DNA of 41,381 nt from Gammaproteobacteria bacterium (GTDB lineage: Bacteria; Patescibacteriota; Microgenomatia; UBA1406; GWC2-37-13): NCBI GenBank assembly GCA_040380695.1, contig JBEIIR010000001.1, forward strand, positions 1 through 41,381, written 5' to 3'. The translations under genes were made by a program, and so were the position numbers. Numbering within the stretch: the stretch's first letter is position 1; the number at the start of each line of letters is the position of its first letter. This document shows, piece by piece, positions 26,624-36,065 of this stretch. The notes under the pieces were generated by a model. The model was not told where the DNA came from. It ran no database searches and worked only from the letters and a program-made list of their open reading frames with translations.

Positions 26624-27190
26624 ATGGCCGTTCAAGCTGGAAACTTAAAAAAAGGCGAATTTATATCTTATCAAGGAGAGATATACCAAGTACAGAAAAC
26701 CGAGTTTTATTCACCAGGTAAAGGTTCGGCGTTGATGAGAACCAAGATCAAAAATGTCTCCTCCGGTAAAACTCTTGACTATACTTTTAAATCTAACGAA
26801 ATGATAGAAACTGTTGAGGTGACAAGTATAGAGATGCAGTATTTATATAAAGATAGTGCTAATGCCATTTTTATGGATCAGCAGAATTTTAATCAATATG
26901 AAGTTCCACTGGAGATGATAGGGGACGTTGTTTCTTTTTTTAAAGAAGGAGAAACAATGTATGTATATGTGCACGATGATAAGCCACTGAATGTCAGACC
27001 ACCCGTAAGTGTGACGCTTAAAGTAACTCATACTGATACTGCAGCAAAAGGTGACACGGTTACAAACGCCAAAAAAGAAGCAGAGCTTGAGACCGGTGCA
27101 AAAGTTATGGTGCCTCTTTTTATAAAGACGGGTGAAACTATCATAATAAATCCAGAAACTGGCGAATATGCTGGCCGGGCAAATTCATAG
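26624..27190 (+). CDS. efp: elongation factor P
   Basis: Typical EF-P N-terminus and loop SPGKGSALMRTK, with Lys at the modification position; 188 aa. Confidence 0.95.
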   Translation: MAVQAGNLKKGEFISYQGEIYQVQKTEFYSPGKGSALMRTKIKNVSSGKTLDYTFKSNEMIETVEVTSIEMQYLYKDSANAIFMDQQNFNQYEVPLEMIGDVVSFFKEGETMYVYVHDDKPLNVRPPVSVTLKVTHTDTAAKGDTVTNAKKEAELETGAKVMVPLFIKTGETIIINPETGEYAGRANS

Positions 27191-27201
27191 GTTAATCCAC
27201 A

Positions 27202-27822
27202 ATGATCACTGTTGGCAAACTTCTATGCTCTAAAAGAACAGATAAAAACATATCATTGGAACAGGTTGAAAAAGATACAAAGATCCGAAAAAAATATCTA
27301 AAAGCTATAGAAGAAGATGACTGGAGTATTTTCTCTTCCTCAGTATATATATCGGGTGTAATAAAAACTTATTCAAAATATCTAAATATAGATCAAGAAA
27401 AATCTCTTGCCTATTTTAGGAGAGATTTCGAAAAATCAGAGAAGCATACTTTTAACAAAAAAATCTCAAGACTCGAACTATTGCCAGAGACAAAAAAAAT
27501 AGTTATTTTTATGTTGAGTTTTATTTTTATAGTATTTCTTTCTTATTTTTCATACCAGTTTTATCGTTATTTAAGACCCCCAGAAATCCTAATAATACAC
27601 CCTGATAACAGAATTTTTAGAAACACAAGTAAAATTACCATAACTGGAAAAACTGAAAAACAGTCTGTGGTGACAATTTATAATGAGATAATCTTTCCTG
27701 ACAAAAACGGCTTTTTTAAATATGATTTTCCTTTAAAAAAAGGGGATAATTTGCTAAAAATTGATGTCGTTGGTCCTAATGGTAAACAGTCTCAGAAAAT
27801 TATCAAACTATTTCTTGAATAG
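27202..27822 (+). CDS. RodZ-like HTH membrane protein
   Basis: N-terminal Xre-type HTH (ISLEQVEKDTKIRKKYLKAIEEDDW), a central TM segment, and a C-terminal beta-rich extracytoplasmic domain. Confidence 0.6.
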   Translation: MITVGKLLCSKRTDKNISLEQVEKDTKIRKKYLKAIEEDDWSIFSSSVYISGVIKTYSKYLNIDQEKSLAYFRRDFEKSEKHTFNKKISRLELLPETKKIVIFMLSFIFIVFLSYFSYQFYRYLRPPEILIIHPDNRIFRNTSKITITGKTEKQSVVTIYNEIIFPDKNGFFKYDFPLKKGDNLLKIDVVGPNGKQSQKIIKLFLE

Positions 27823-27836
27823 TAATTAGATTATGT

Positions 27837-29114
27837 CTAAAACAAGTTAAGAATATCCTTTAAATTCTTCAGGTTTAGGGAAGAATATGATTTCTGATCG
27901 CTCATTCTGACAATCTCTTTAAGTATTTTGTCCTGACCAGCAACTTTTCGTATCTCACCTAAAAGGCCAACTTCTCCAGTAAAAACCGCAGAACTATTTA
28001 ATGGTATGTTTTTAACTGAAGAGATGATAGATGACGCAACTCCCAGATCTGCTGAAGGAGACTTGATATTTACGCCTCCTATAACATTTACAAAAATATC
28101 ATACTTAAAAAGCGGAATCTGTAAATGTTTCTCAATGACTGCGATTATAAGTAGAACTTTGCTATAATCAACGCCCTTTATAACACGTCTTGGCATGGGA
28201 AGAAACGAAGTTGTCGCTAGTGCCTGTATTTCAAAAAAAAGTGGTCTTTTACCTTCTATTATTCCCACAGTTGCTTTACCTGCAACGTTTGTATGATCGT
28301 CATAAAGAAATGCTCGTGGGTTTGAGATTTCTGCTAAACCTAACTCTATCATCTCAAAAATACCTATCTCATCGGTTGAACCAAATCTATTTTTTTTTGC
28401 TCTAAGAACTCTGTAGTTTGTGATTTTGTCACCTTCAAAAATTAGAACTGCATCAACCATATGTTCCAAAGTTTTTGGACCAGCCGTGTCGCCTTCTTTT
28501 GTAATGTGTCCGACGATTATTATTGGTATCTGCGCTTCTTTTGCTAGTCTTATCAATCTAGCTGTTGACTCTTTTAACTGTGTCACGTTACCGGGAACTG
28601 TTGGAATGTCTTTAGAGTATATGGTCTGGATTGAATCTATAACGACAATCTCTGGTTTGTCGCTTAATTCGTTTATGCCGTTTATAATCGATTCAACTTG
28701 CAAAGTATCAGAGAAATTGAAGTTAGCCAAAGATATTTTAAGCCTAACAGCACGTTCTTTTACTTGAGCTGCTGATTCTTCACCAGAGATGTATAAAGTG
28801 TTTAAATTTTTTAAAGACTGCAGGAGGAGTGTTGATTTTCCAATTCCTGGTTCTCCCGTTAACAAAATGACTTCTCCAGCAACAATACCACCTCCTAGAA
28901 CTCTATCAAGCTCAAATAAGCCTGTTGGTTTCCTATTTGTGTCGAGTATCTCTATATTTGAAAGTGGAGTAATCCTAAGCTTCTCTACTTTTTTTGTGCG
29001 AATTTCTTGAGCCTCTTTTAAAAGTTTAAAGGTGTTCCATTCTTGGCAAGATGGGCATCTTCCGATCCAAGAAGCTGATCCTTCACCGCAATTGGCGCAG
29101 ACGTATTGAGACAT
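27837..29114 (-). CDS. radA: DNA repair protein RadA/Sms
   Basis: Zinc finger CANCG...CPSCQEWNTF, Walker A GEPGIGKST, KNRFG motif, and a Lon-like C-terminal domain. Confidence 0.95.
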   Translation of the reverse strand: MSQYVCANCGEGSASWIGRCPSCQEWNTFKLLKEAQEIRTKKVEKLRITPLSNIEILDTNRKPTGLFELDRVLGGGIVAGEVILLTGEPGIGKSTLLLQSLKNLNTLYISGEESAAQVKERAVRLKISLANFNFSDTLQVESIINGINELSDKPEIVVIDSIQTIYSKDIPTVPGNVTQLKESTARLIRLAKEAQIPIIIVGHITKEGDTAGPKTLEHMVDAVLIFEGDKITNYRVLRAKKNRFGSTDEIGIFEMIELGLAEISNPRAFLYDDHTNVAGKATVGIIEGKRPLFFEIQALATTSFLPMPRRVIKGVDYSKVLLIIAVIEKHLQIPLFKYDIFVNVIGGVNIKSPSADLGVASSIISSVKNIPLNSSAVFTGEVGLLGEIRKVAGQDKILKEIVRMSDQKSYSSLNLKNLKDILNLF

Positions 29115-29188
29115 AAGTCGTATTTTATACTATAAATAAGTCAATGTGTAAGTTGTTTTAACCTTTCGTTGTATTTTTTCGTTTTTAC

Positions 29189-29197
29189 TGATAAAAT
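29189..29197 (+). promoter_or_regulatory. extended -10 box TGATAAAAT, 8 nt upstream of the nusA ATG (leaderless or near-leaderless candidate)
   Basis: TGATAAAAT-aaaccatt-ATG. Confidence 0.4.
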
Positions 29198-29205
29198 AAA
29201 CCATT

Positions 29206-30231
29206 ATGGTACTTGTTAAAAGTGAATTTGCATTAGCATTAAATCAGGTTGCTTCTGAACGGGGTATTAGCGTTGCTGAAGTAATTTCGTCTATGGAGGC
29301 AGCTATTATGGCTGCATTTAGAAAAGAGCACCCCGAGATGTTTACAGAAAATGAAGAGGATGACAATGGAATCACTGTCAAAGTAAATTCAAATTCGGGA
29401 GAAACTCAGATTATGCAAAACAATACCGATATTACACCGCCAGGTTTTGGTAGAATAGCGGCTCAAACTGCTAGGCAGGTAATAGTCCAGAAGATTCGTG
29501 AAGCGGAAAGAAAAATGGTAATATCGCATTATCAAGATCAGGTTGGTGCACTTGTCAAAGGTAGAATCATACGAAGGGATATGGGATTAGTTTATGTTGA
29601 CATAGGTAAAGCTGAAGCAATCTTACCAAGAGAAGAACAGATAAGAAGTGAAAACTACAATGTTAACGATAAATATACATTTCTTCTAAAAGAGATCGGT
29701 ACAACGAAAAATGGTTTCTCACGCATTGTTGTATCACGTTCAGAGCCAGCACTAATCTTTGAGCTTTTTAAACGAGAAGTCCCTGAGATAAGTTCAGGAT
29801 CCATAGAAGTTAAAAAAGTTGTAAGGGAAGCGGGTGAGAGAGCAAAAATAGCAGTTTTTAGCTCTCAACAGGGCGTTGATCCTGTGGGAGCTTGTGTTGG
29901 GCAGAAAGGAATCCGCGTCCAAACAATCACAGACGAATTAAGTGGTCGAGAAAAGATAGATATCATTCCATGGAACTCTGATCCAATAATTTTTGTTGCT
30001 AATGCGCTATCTCCAGCTCAAATCAAATCAGTTAAAATAGAAGAAAGCCTAAAAAGAGCAAAAGTTACAATTCTTGAATCTCAAGCACCGCTTGCAATCG
30101 GTAAAGGGGGAGCAAACGTAAATCTAGCTGCGCAACTTACAGGTTATAATATTGATTTAATTCAGATTAACGATTCAGGAGAACCTGTTACTGAAACAAA
30201 AGCTGACTCAGAAGAGAAAAAGGAAAGCTAA
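29206..30231 (+). CDS. nusA: transcription termination/antitermination factor NusA
   Basis: N-terminal domain, S1 domain (GRIIRRDMGLVYVDIG) and KH domains (GACVGQKGIRVQ, AIGKGGANV). Confidence 0.95.
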   Translation: MVLVKSEFALALNQVASERGISVAEVISSMEAAIMAAFRKEHPEMFTENEEDDNGITVKVNSNSGETQIMQNNTDITPPGFGRIAAQTARQVIVQKIREAERKMVISHYQDQVGALVKGRIIRRDMGLVYVDIGKAEAILPREEQIRSENYNVNDKYTFLLKEIGTTKNGFSRIVVSRSEPALIFELFKREVPEISSGSIEVKKVVREAGERAKIAVFSSQQGVDPVGACVGQKGIRVQTITDELSGREKIDIIPWNSDPIIFVANALSPAQIKSVKIEESLKRAKVTILESQAPLAIGKGGANVNLAAQLTGYNIDLIQINDSGEPVTETKADSEEKKES

Positions 30232-30305
30232 CATCAAATTTTTTTTGATAAATTCTCCTGTCATACTATCTGTTAGTAGGTTACAATTTAAATTATTTTC
30301 ATAAA

Positions 30306-31748
30306 ATGATAAGACCTCCTATAGTTACAATTCTTGGTCACGTAGATCACGGCAAAACAACTCTCCTTGATACAATAAGGAACTCTAGATTAGCAAGCAA
30401 AGAGCACGGCGGGATAACCCAGAGAATTGGAGGATATGAGATAAATACAGAGATAAAAGGTTATGACACAGATAAACTAACTTTTATCGATACACCAGGT
30501 CATGAGGCATTTTCAAAACTTAGATCTAGAGGTGCAAATGTAGCTGATATTGCAATCTTAATTATTGATGGTGTAGATTCTGTAAAACCGCAAACGGTAG
30601 AATCAATCGCTCATATAAAAAATGCTGGTATTCCTTTTATAGTTGCCATAAATAAAGTGGATATGCCTGATGCTAATACAAAAAAAGTATGTCGGGACTT
30701 GTTAAAGCATGAGGTTGTAACTGAGGAGATGGGTGGACCCATTTTATCACTTGGAATTTCCGCTAAAACAGGTCAAGGCATCAAGGAGTTGCTGGAAGCA
30801 ATACTTCTATTGTCTTCAGATTTAAAGTTAGAATGTGATCACAAAGGGCCAGTAACAGCCTACATAGTTGAAACAAAAAAAGATATAAGAGGACTTGTAG
30901 TTAGCTGTATAATTAAAAATGGCACGATAAAAATAGGGGATAATCTTTTTACTAATACTGGCAAAGTAAAAGTTAGGAGTTTGATAAATGACAAAGGAGA
31001 ACAAGTAAAAGAAGTTGTTCCGTCAACCCCGTTTGAAGTTCTTGGTTTTTCTGAAATACCGGAAGTTGGTAGTTTGATTACATCGGAAGAACAGGCTCTA
31101 AAAATAAAAAAAATTGAGGCTGTTGAGAAAAAATTCGATATCAATGCGCTATACGACGTTCAGAAAGAACAGAAACAGCTATCAGTTATTTTAAAAGCTG
31201 ATTCTCAAGGCACGCTTGATGCAATTGTCTCACAACTTGAAAAAAATCCATCAATAAAGATAGTTTTATCTGCTGTTGGCTCAATTAACCGTTCAGATAT
31301 ATTTTTAGCTAAAACTACAAAAGCAATTGTTATAGGTTTTTCTATTGCCTATGATAATGAAGTTAAGTCGCTGGCCAAACAAGAAAAAGTGATTATAAAG
31401 ACCTACAATATAATCTATGAATTGATAGACGAACTTGAAGAAGTGGCTGATATTTTACTTGAGAAAGAAATTAAAGAAAAAAGTATTAAAGGTCAAGCAA
31501 AAATTTTAGCTACTTTTGTCATTGAAGGGGAAACCATTTACGGTGGATTAGTCACAAAAGGTAAGATAAATATCGGCGACAATGTGGATTTATACAGAGC
31601 GGACAACTTGATTAATAAGTCTAAACTGGTCTCTCTTAAGGTAAAGGCAAAAACAGTATCTGAGGTAAAAAAAGATCAAGAATGTGGTATGGTTTTTAGT
31701 CCAAAACTTGACATTAAGGTCGGTGATGTGGTACAATTTACCCTATAG
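30306..31748 (+). CDS. infB: translation initiation factor IF-2, core only (starts at the G domain)
   Basis: MIRPPIVTILGHVDHGKTTLLD is the first sequence of the ORF, followed by DTPGHEAF and NKVD. It is 480 aa, and stops lie upstream in frame. Confidence 0.93.
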   Translation: MIRPPIVTILGHVDHGKTTLLDTIRNSRLASKEHGGITQRIGGYEINTEIKGYDTDKLTFIDTPGHEAFSKLRSRGANVADIAILIIDGVDSVKPQTVESIAHIKNAGIPFIVAINKVDMPDANTKKVCRDLLKHEVVTEEMGGPILSLGISAKTGQGIKELLEAILLLSSDLKLECDHKGPVTAYIVETKKDIRGLVVSCIIKNGTIKIGDNLFTNTGKVKVRSLINDKGEQVKEVVPSTPFEVLGFSEIPEVGSLITSEEQALKIKKIEAVEKKFDINALYDVQKEQKQLSVILKADSQGTLDAIVSQLEKNPSIKIVLSAVGSINRSDIFLAKTTKAIVIGFSIAYDNEVKSLAKQEKVIIKTYNIIYELIDELEEVADILLEKEIKEKSIKGQAKILATFVIEGETIYGGLVTKGKINIGDNVDLYRADNLINKSKLVSLKVKAKTVSEVKKDQECGMVFSPKLDIKVGDVVQFTL

Positions 31749-31765
31749 TAAATTAAAGAATAACT

Positions 31766-32791
31766 ATGATGCCGGTAGAAAATGCATTTGATCCACAACA
31801 GGTTTTATCACAGATCAGAGAACTATTTGCTAAAAAAACTTCTGGAGTAATTGTTTTACCTCAAAAACCCTCTGAAGATGCTATTTCCGCCGCCTGCGCA
31901 CTATATCTTGGTTTATTAAAAATGGGTAAGCAAGTAAGTATTGCTTGCTCTGACAAGCCTAAATCAGCAGCTATTGGCGCGGATAAAATTCAAAATTCTT
32001 TAGAGTCTGGTGGCGATAGTTTAGTGGTATCTTTTCCTTACGAGGAGGGATCGATAGATAAAGTTGATTATAAAATAGACAACAATAAATTTAACCTGGT
32101 AATAATACCTCGAACAGGTTTTAAAAAAGTTCAACCAAACGATGTAGAGTTTTCTTACACAGGTGCAAAATTAGAATTTATAGTATGTATTGATGTTCCC
32201 AATCTAAACAGTATTGGTTCACTTTACCAAAAACATGAAAAACATTTTAGTTCTTCTTCAATAATTAATATTGATCGTCATCTCATAAATAATAATTTTG
32301 GTGCTGTAAATTACGTGGTAAAGAATAGTTCCTCCGTTTCAGAATTAGTGTTGCAGGTGCTTTATTTTCTAAAAACTGAAATTGATAAAGATATGGCAAC
32401 AAATTTATACGCCGGTATAAGCGCTGCTACAAACTCATTTACGTCTTATTCAACTAATGCAGATACATTTTTAGCACTTTCTCATCTTTTAAAAATGGGC
32501 GCAATAAAGAGGCTACCAAATCAATCACAATTCATGAATAATCCCGGAACTCCGTTTATGCCAACTAATATGGCCTTCAATAATCCATTTATGGCAAAAA
32601 GTCCAGCTACAGGAAATTTTAATTCTCCAGCTAAACATCCATCATTTAATCCTTTCATGCCACTTGAAAATGTGGAGAAAGACAAATTAAACGATAATTT
32701 TAAAGAAGATTTTGACGATGAGACAGATCAGATAGGTGATTTAGACAGTGAAGAAGTAGATACTTTAAAGCCAAAAATCTCTCTTGGATAA
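31766..32791 (+). CDS. DHH-family (NrnA-like) protein with degenerate catalytic motifs and an NPFM-repeat tail
   Basis: DHH/DHHA1-like layout. Motif I reads PSEDAISA where PDxDxxGS is expected, motif III reads IDRH where IDHH is expected, and motif IV reads SAATNSF where DTGxF is expected. The tail carries TPFMP, NNPFMA and FNPFMP. Confidence 0.7.
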   Translation: MMPVENAFDPQQVLSQIRELFAKKTSGVIVLPQKPSEDAISAACALYLGLLKMGKQVSIACSDKPKSAAIGADKIQNSLESGGDSLVVSFPYEEGSIDKVDYKIDNNKFNLVIIPRTGFKKVQPNDVEFSYTGAKLEFIVCIDVPNLNSIGSLYQKHEKHFSSSSIINIDRHLINNNFGAVNYVVKNSSSVSELVLQVLYFLKTEIDKDMATNLYAGISAATNSFTSYSTNADTFLALSHLLKMGAIKRLPNQSQFMNNPGTPFMPTNMAFNNPFMAKSPATGNFNSPAKHPSFNPFMPLENVEKDKLNDNFKEDFDDETDQIGDLDSEEVDTLKPKISLG

Positions 32792-32799
32792 TTGATGGC

Positions 32800-32808
32800 T
32801 GGTATAAT
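32800..32808 (+). promoter_or_regulatory. extended -10 box TGGTATAAT, 5 nt upstream of the rmuC ATG (leaderless candidate)
   Basis: TGGTATAAT-gtatt-ATG within the 22-nt spacer after the DHH gene. Confidence 0.5.
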
Positions 32809-32813
32809 GTATT

Positions 32814-33794
32814 ATGGATTATTTGCCTTACATAATATTGGTTATATTTTTTCTTTTTCTTCTTTTAGCATTATTTTTAATTAGATCCTGGATAAAAAGT
32901 ATTCATAAAAGCACATCTGTCTCAGACGAGCTTATAAGCTGGTTAAAGGAGCACAACATGTCTCAACGTTCCGCTGATGAAAACTATAAGAGAAATATGG
33001 AACTTTTTAATCAGCGCCTTGATAAGGCGGCAGAAACTATGATGCATGTGCAAAAAGCCATAGGTGAATTTTCAGAGATTGGAAGATCTATGAAAAATCT
33101 CAATGAATTTTTGCAATCTCCCAAGTTACGAGGAAATATCGGCGAGCAGGTTTTACGAGAACTTTTGTCGCAATCTTTGCCTCATGAAGCATTTGTACTT
33201 CAGTATCAATTTTTATCCGGAGAAAGAGTTGATGCCGTGGTAAAGACAACACAAGGATTAATAGCAATTGACTCAAAGTTTCCGATCTCTGCTTTCAGAC
33301 TAATGTCAGATGCTGAAAATGAAGCTTTAAAGGATATGAAAAGAAAAGATTTTGTGCGAGATGTCAAAAAGCACATCGCATCTATCTCTAAAAAATATAT
33401 ATTGCCAACTGAAGGAACAATGGACTACGCCTTAATGTATATACCAGCAGAAAGTATTTACTACGAAATCATAAACAATGCAGAGCTTTATGATTTTGCA
33501 ACAGAAAGCAGGATAATACCTGTTTCTCCGATGAGTTTTTATGCATACCTAAAAGTTATTTTAGTTTCGCTAGAGGGGCAGAGAATTCACACAGAAGTAA
33601 GAAGCATTATGCAATCACTACAGGGCATGAGAAATGATTTCAGCAAGGTTGACAATGCTATGTCGTTGCTTCATAAACATATAAATCACGCGTATGTTCA
33701 ATCAGGAAATGTTGTTGAGGAGGTTGCTAGACTGGGTAGAAAAATTGATTCAACCGCGCAGTTAAATAATAAAGCTGAGAAAAAATTATTATGA
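32814..33794 (+). CDS. rmuC: DNA recombination protein RmuC
   Basis: N-terminal TM segment and coiled-coil, LRGNIGEQVLRELL, and DAVVKT...IAIDSKFP (nuclease core). Confidence 0.85.
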   Translation: MDYLPYIILVIFFLFLLLALFLIRSWIKSIHKSTSVSDELISWLKEHNMSQRSADENYKRNMELFNQRLDKAAETMMHVQKAIGEFSEIGRSMKNLNEFLQSPKLRGNIGEQVLRELLSQSLPHEAFVLQYQFLSGERVDAVVKTTQGLIAIDSKFPISAFRLMSDAENEALKDMKRKDFVRDVKKHIASISKKYILPTEGTMDYALMYIPAESIYYEIINNAELYDFATESRIIPVSPMSFYAYLKVILVSLEGQRIHTEVRSIMQSLQGMRNDFSKVDNAMSLLHKHINHAYVQSGNVVEEVARLGRKIDSTAQLNNKAEKKLL

Positions 33795-35530
33795 AGGTGA
33801 CTGTTAGGCAATCTTTTCTTGAAGAAGAAAATATCCAATCAGACACGATAATTAGTGCCATTTTAAGATCGAGAAACATACTTGATTTTAATGAATTCTT
33901 ATCGCCAAAATCACCTATCAACTATACATTATTGGACTTTGGGTTCGATAATGATTCGGTAAAAAGACTGGTAGAGTTGATTCTAAGTGCGTTTGAATCA
34001 AATAAAAAAATTGTAGTGTATACGGATTATGATGCAGATGGGATAACTGGAGGAGCTATCTTATGGGAAACGCTTCATCTTTTAGGCTTTAACACTGTGC
34101 CATATGTGCCTAATCGTAAAACTGAGGGATATGGTTTTTCAGAGATTGGATTAAAAAAAGTAAAGGAACTGCATGATCCAGGATTAATCATCAGTGTCGA
34201 TCATGGAATAACAGCAATAAAACAGATTCAGTACGCTAAAAGTTTAGGCATGCCAGTTGTTGTGACAGATCATCATCACAAGCAAGATAGAGTTCCTGAA
34301 GATGCAGAGCTAATTTTTCATATACCAACATTATCTGGTTCTGCGACAGCTTATTTTGTGGCAAAAGAATTGTTTGATCAGGTTTTGAAAATAAAAAATT
34401 TCAAACTTGTACTTGACCAAAAAAAGCTGGCAGTATTAGAAGATCATTTTAAGAATGATTATGTTGCTTTATCATGTATCGGGACAGTGGCAGATTTAGT
34501 CTCTTTAACTGGCAGGTCAAGGGGAGTTGTATTTCATGGACTTAAAAGTATCTCTACATCATCTAGACCGGGAATAAAGAAACTTATTCAAGCATCAAAC
34601 ATAGCAGAAAAATCTATTACAACTTACGATATCGGTTTTTTAATTGCTCCAAGGATTAATGCCGTAGGAAGAATTGATGATGCGTTAGATGCTCTTAGAT
34701 TACTTTGTACAACAAGCTTACAAAGAGCCCAGGATCTTGCATTAAAAGTTTCAGATTTAAATACCAAACGCCAAGAGATGGTACTAGAAAGTGTGGAGAA
34801 GGCGGTAAAAAAGATTGATAGCCAAAATACCGTTCCTAAGGTAATAATTCTAGAGGATAAATTATGGCATGAGGGTATAATCGGCCTGATTGCTGCTAAA
34901 ATTTTAGAGAAATATTATAGACCCGTAATCATCATGACTAGTTCCGAGGGTATTTATAAAGCTTCAGTAAGGTCAATTCCAGGATTTCATATTACAAATT
35001 TTCTTGGAGAGTTCAAAGATTTACTCCTTGGTTACGGTGGTCACGAAGCAGCTGCTGGTTTCTCAATTCTTCAGGAAAATTTGGATATATTTAAAAATAG
35101 GTTATCAGACATTGCTAAAGTTAGAATCCCAGATTCTCTTCTAGAAAGAAATATCTTAGTTGATGTTGAACTTGATACTAATAGTTTGAGTTTATCACTT
35201 TTTGAAGAGCTGAAAAAGTTAGAGCCTTGGGGAATTGGGAATACTCGCCCACTTTTTTTAAGTAAAGTTAAGTTAAGCGAACCCTTTTATATGGGAAAGG
35301 AAAAAAAGCATGTTAAATTCAAGATTCAGGAAGGTAATAATAAAAATACTCAAAACTTAGAAGCTGTTTTTTTTAACGGCTCATCGCAGATTGAAGGACT
35401 TGATTTTTCAAATTCTGTTTATGTAATATATAATCTCGATAAAAATGAATGGAATGGTAAAGTTAGAATGCAGGCAATAATTAAATATATTTTGCACTTG
35501 GCAGTAAATATAAAAAGGGGTATAATTTAA
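33791..35530 (+). CDS. recJ: single-stranded-DNA-specific exonuclease RecJ
   Basis: Intact DHH motifs (DYDADGITG, VDHGI, TDHHH, GTVADLV) and GGHEAAAG. It overlaps rmuC by 4 nt (ATGA). Confidence 0.93.
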   Translation: MKVTVRQSFLEEENIQSDTIISAILRSRNILDFNEFLSPKSPINYTLLDFGFDNDSVKRLVELILSAFESNKKIVVYTDYDADGITGGAILWETLHLLGFNTVPYVPNRKTEGYGFSEIGLKKVKELHDPGLIISVDHGITAIKQIQYAKSLGMPVVVTDHHHKQDRVPEDAELIFHIPTLSGSATAYFVAKELFDQVLKIKNFKLVLDQKKLAVLEDHFKNDYVALSCIGTVADLVSLTGRSRGVVFHGLKSISTSSRPGIKKLIQASNIAEKSITTYDIGFLIAPRINAVGRIDDALDALRLLCTTSLQRAQDLALKVSDLNTKRQEMVLESVEKAVKKIDSQNTVPKVIILEDKLWHEGIIGLIAAKILEKYYRPVIIMTSSEGIYKASVRSIPGFHITNFLGEFKDLLLGYGGHEAAAGFSILQENLDIFKNRLSDIAKVRIPDSLLERNILVDVELDTNSLSLSLFEELKKLEPWGIGNTRPLFLSKVKLSEPFYMGKEKKHVKFKIQEGNNKNTQNLEAVFFNGSSQIEGLDFSNSVYVIYNLDKNEWNGKVRMQAIIKYILHLAVNIKRGII

Positions 35531-35560
35531 AAATAATTAATCGTTCATTTTAAAAAAAAT

Positions 35561-36049
35561 ATGTGGAAAATCTTAATTGGGGTGATAGTATTTGCACTTA
35601 TTGGGGTTGGAGGTTACCTTTATTATCAATCAAGTCAGAAAAAATTAGCAACTCCACCCGCAAATACCATGGTTGAAATTACTCCAACTCAGGAACCTCC
35701 TACGCCTACTGTAGAAGCTGTTGAGAAAGACGCATTTGAAATTGAGATTCAAAATGGTAGCGGAGTCCCCGGAAGAGCGGCAGCAGTTAAAGAGACTTTA
35801 GAGGAAGACGGATATATCGTTTCAAAAACGGGTAACGCTGATGATGATACCTATGCAAAAACTACGATTTATGCATCAGAAGATGTAGGTGAGGCATATA
35901 TCAAAGAGCTTACAGAACTGGTTTCTAAAACATATGTTGTAAATGAAAAAGTCGAGGACATCGCCGATGTTAAAACAAGCTCAAGCGTGGTGATAGTTGT
36001 TGGTAAAGACGAGGCGGATAATCCTACCCCCACTGAAGCTGAAAATTAA
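35561..36049 (+). CDS. LytR_C-domain membrane-anchored protein
   Basis: N-terminal TM segment, a Pro/Thr linker, and IEIQNGSGVPGRAAAVKETLEEDGY, typical of the LytR C-terminal domain. Confidence 0.7.
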   Translation: MWKILIGVIVFALIGVGGYLYYQSSQKKLATPPANTMVEITPTQEPPTPTVEAVEKDAFEIEIQNGSGVPGRAAAVKETLEEDGYIVSKTGNADDDTYAKTTIYASEDVGEAYIKELTELVSKTYVVNEKVEDIADVKTSSSVVIVVGKDEADNPTPTEAEN

Positions 36050-36065
36050 AATAGTCTAGGTTTAT

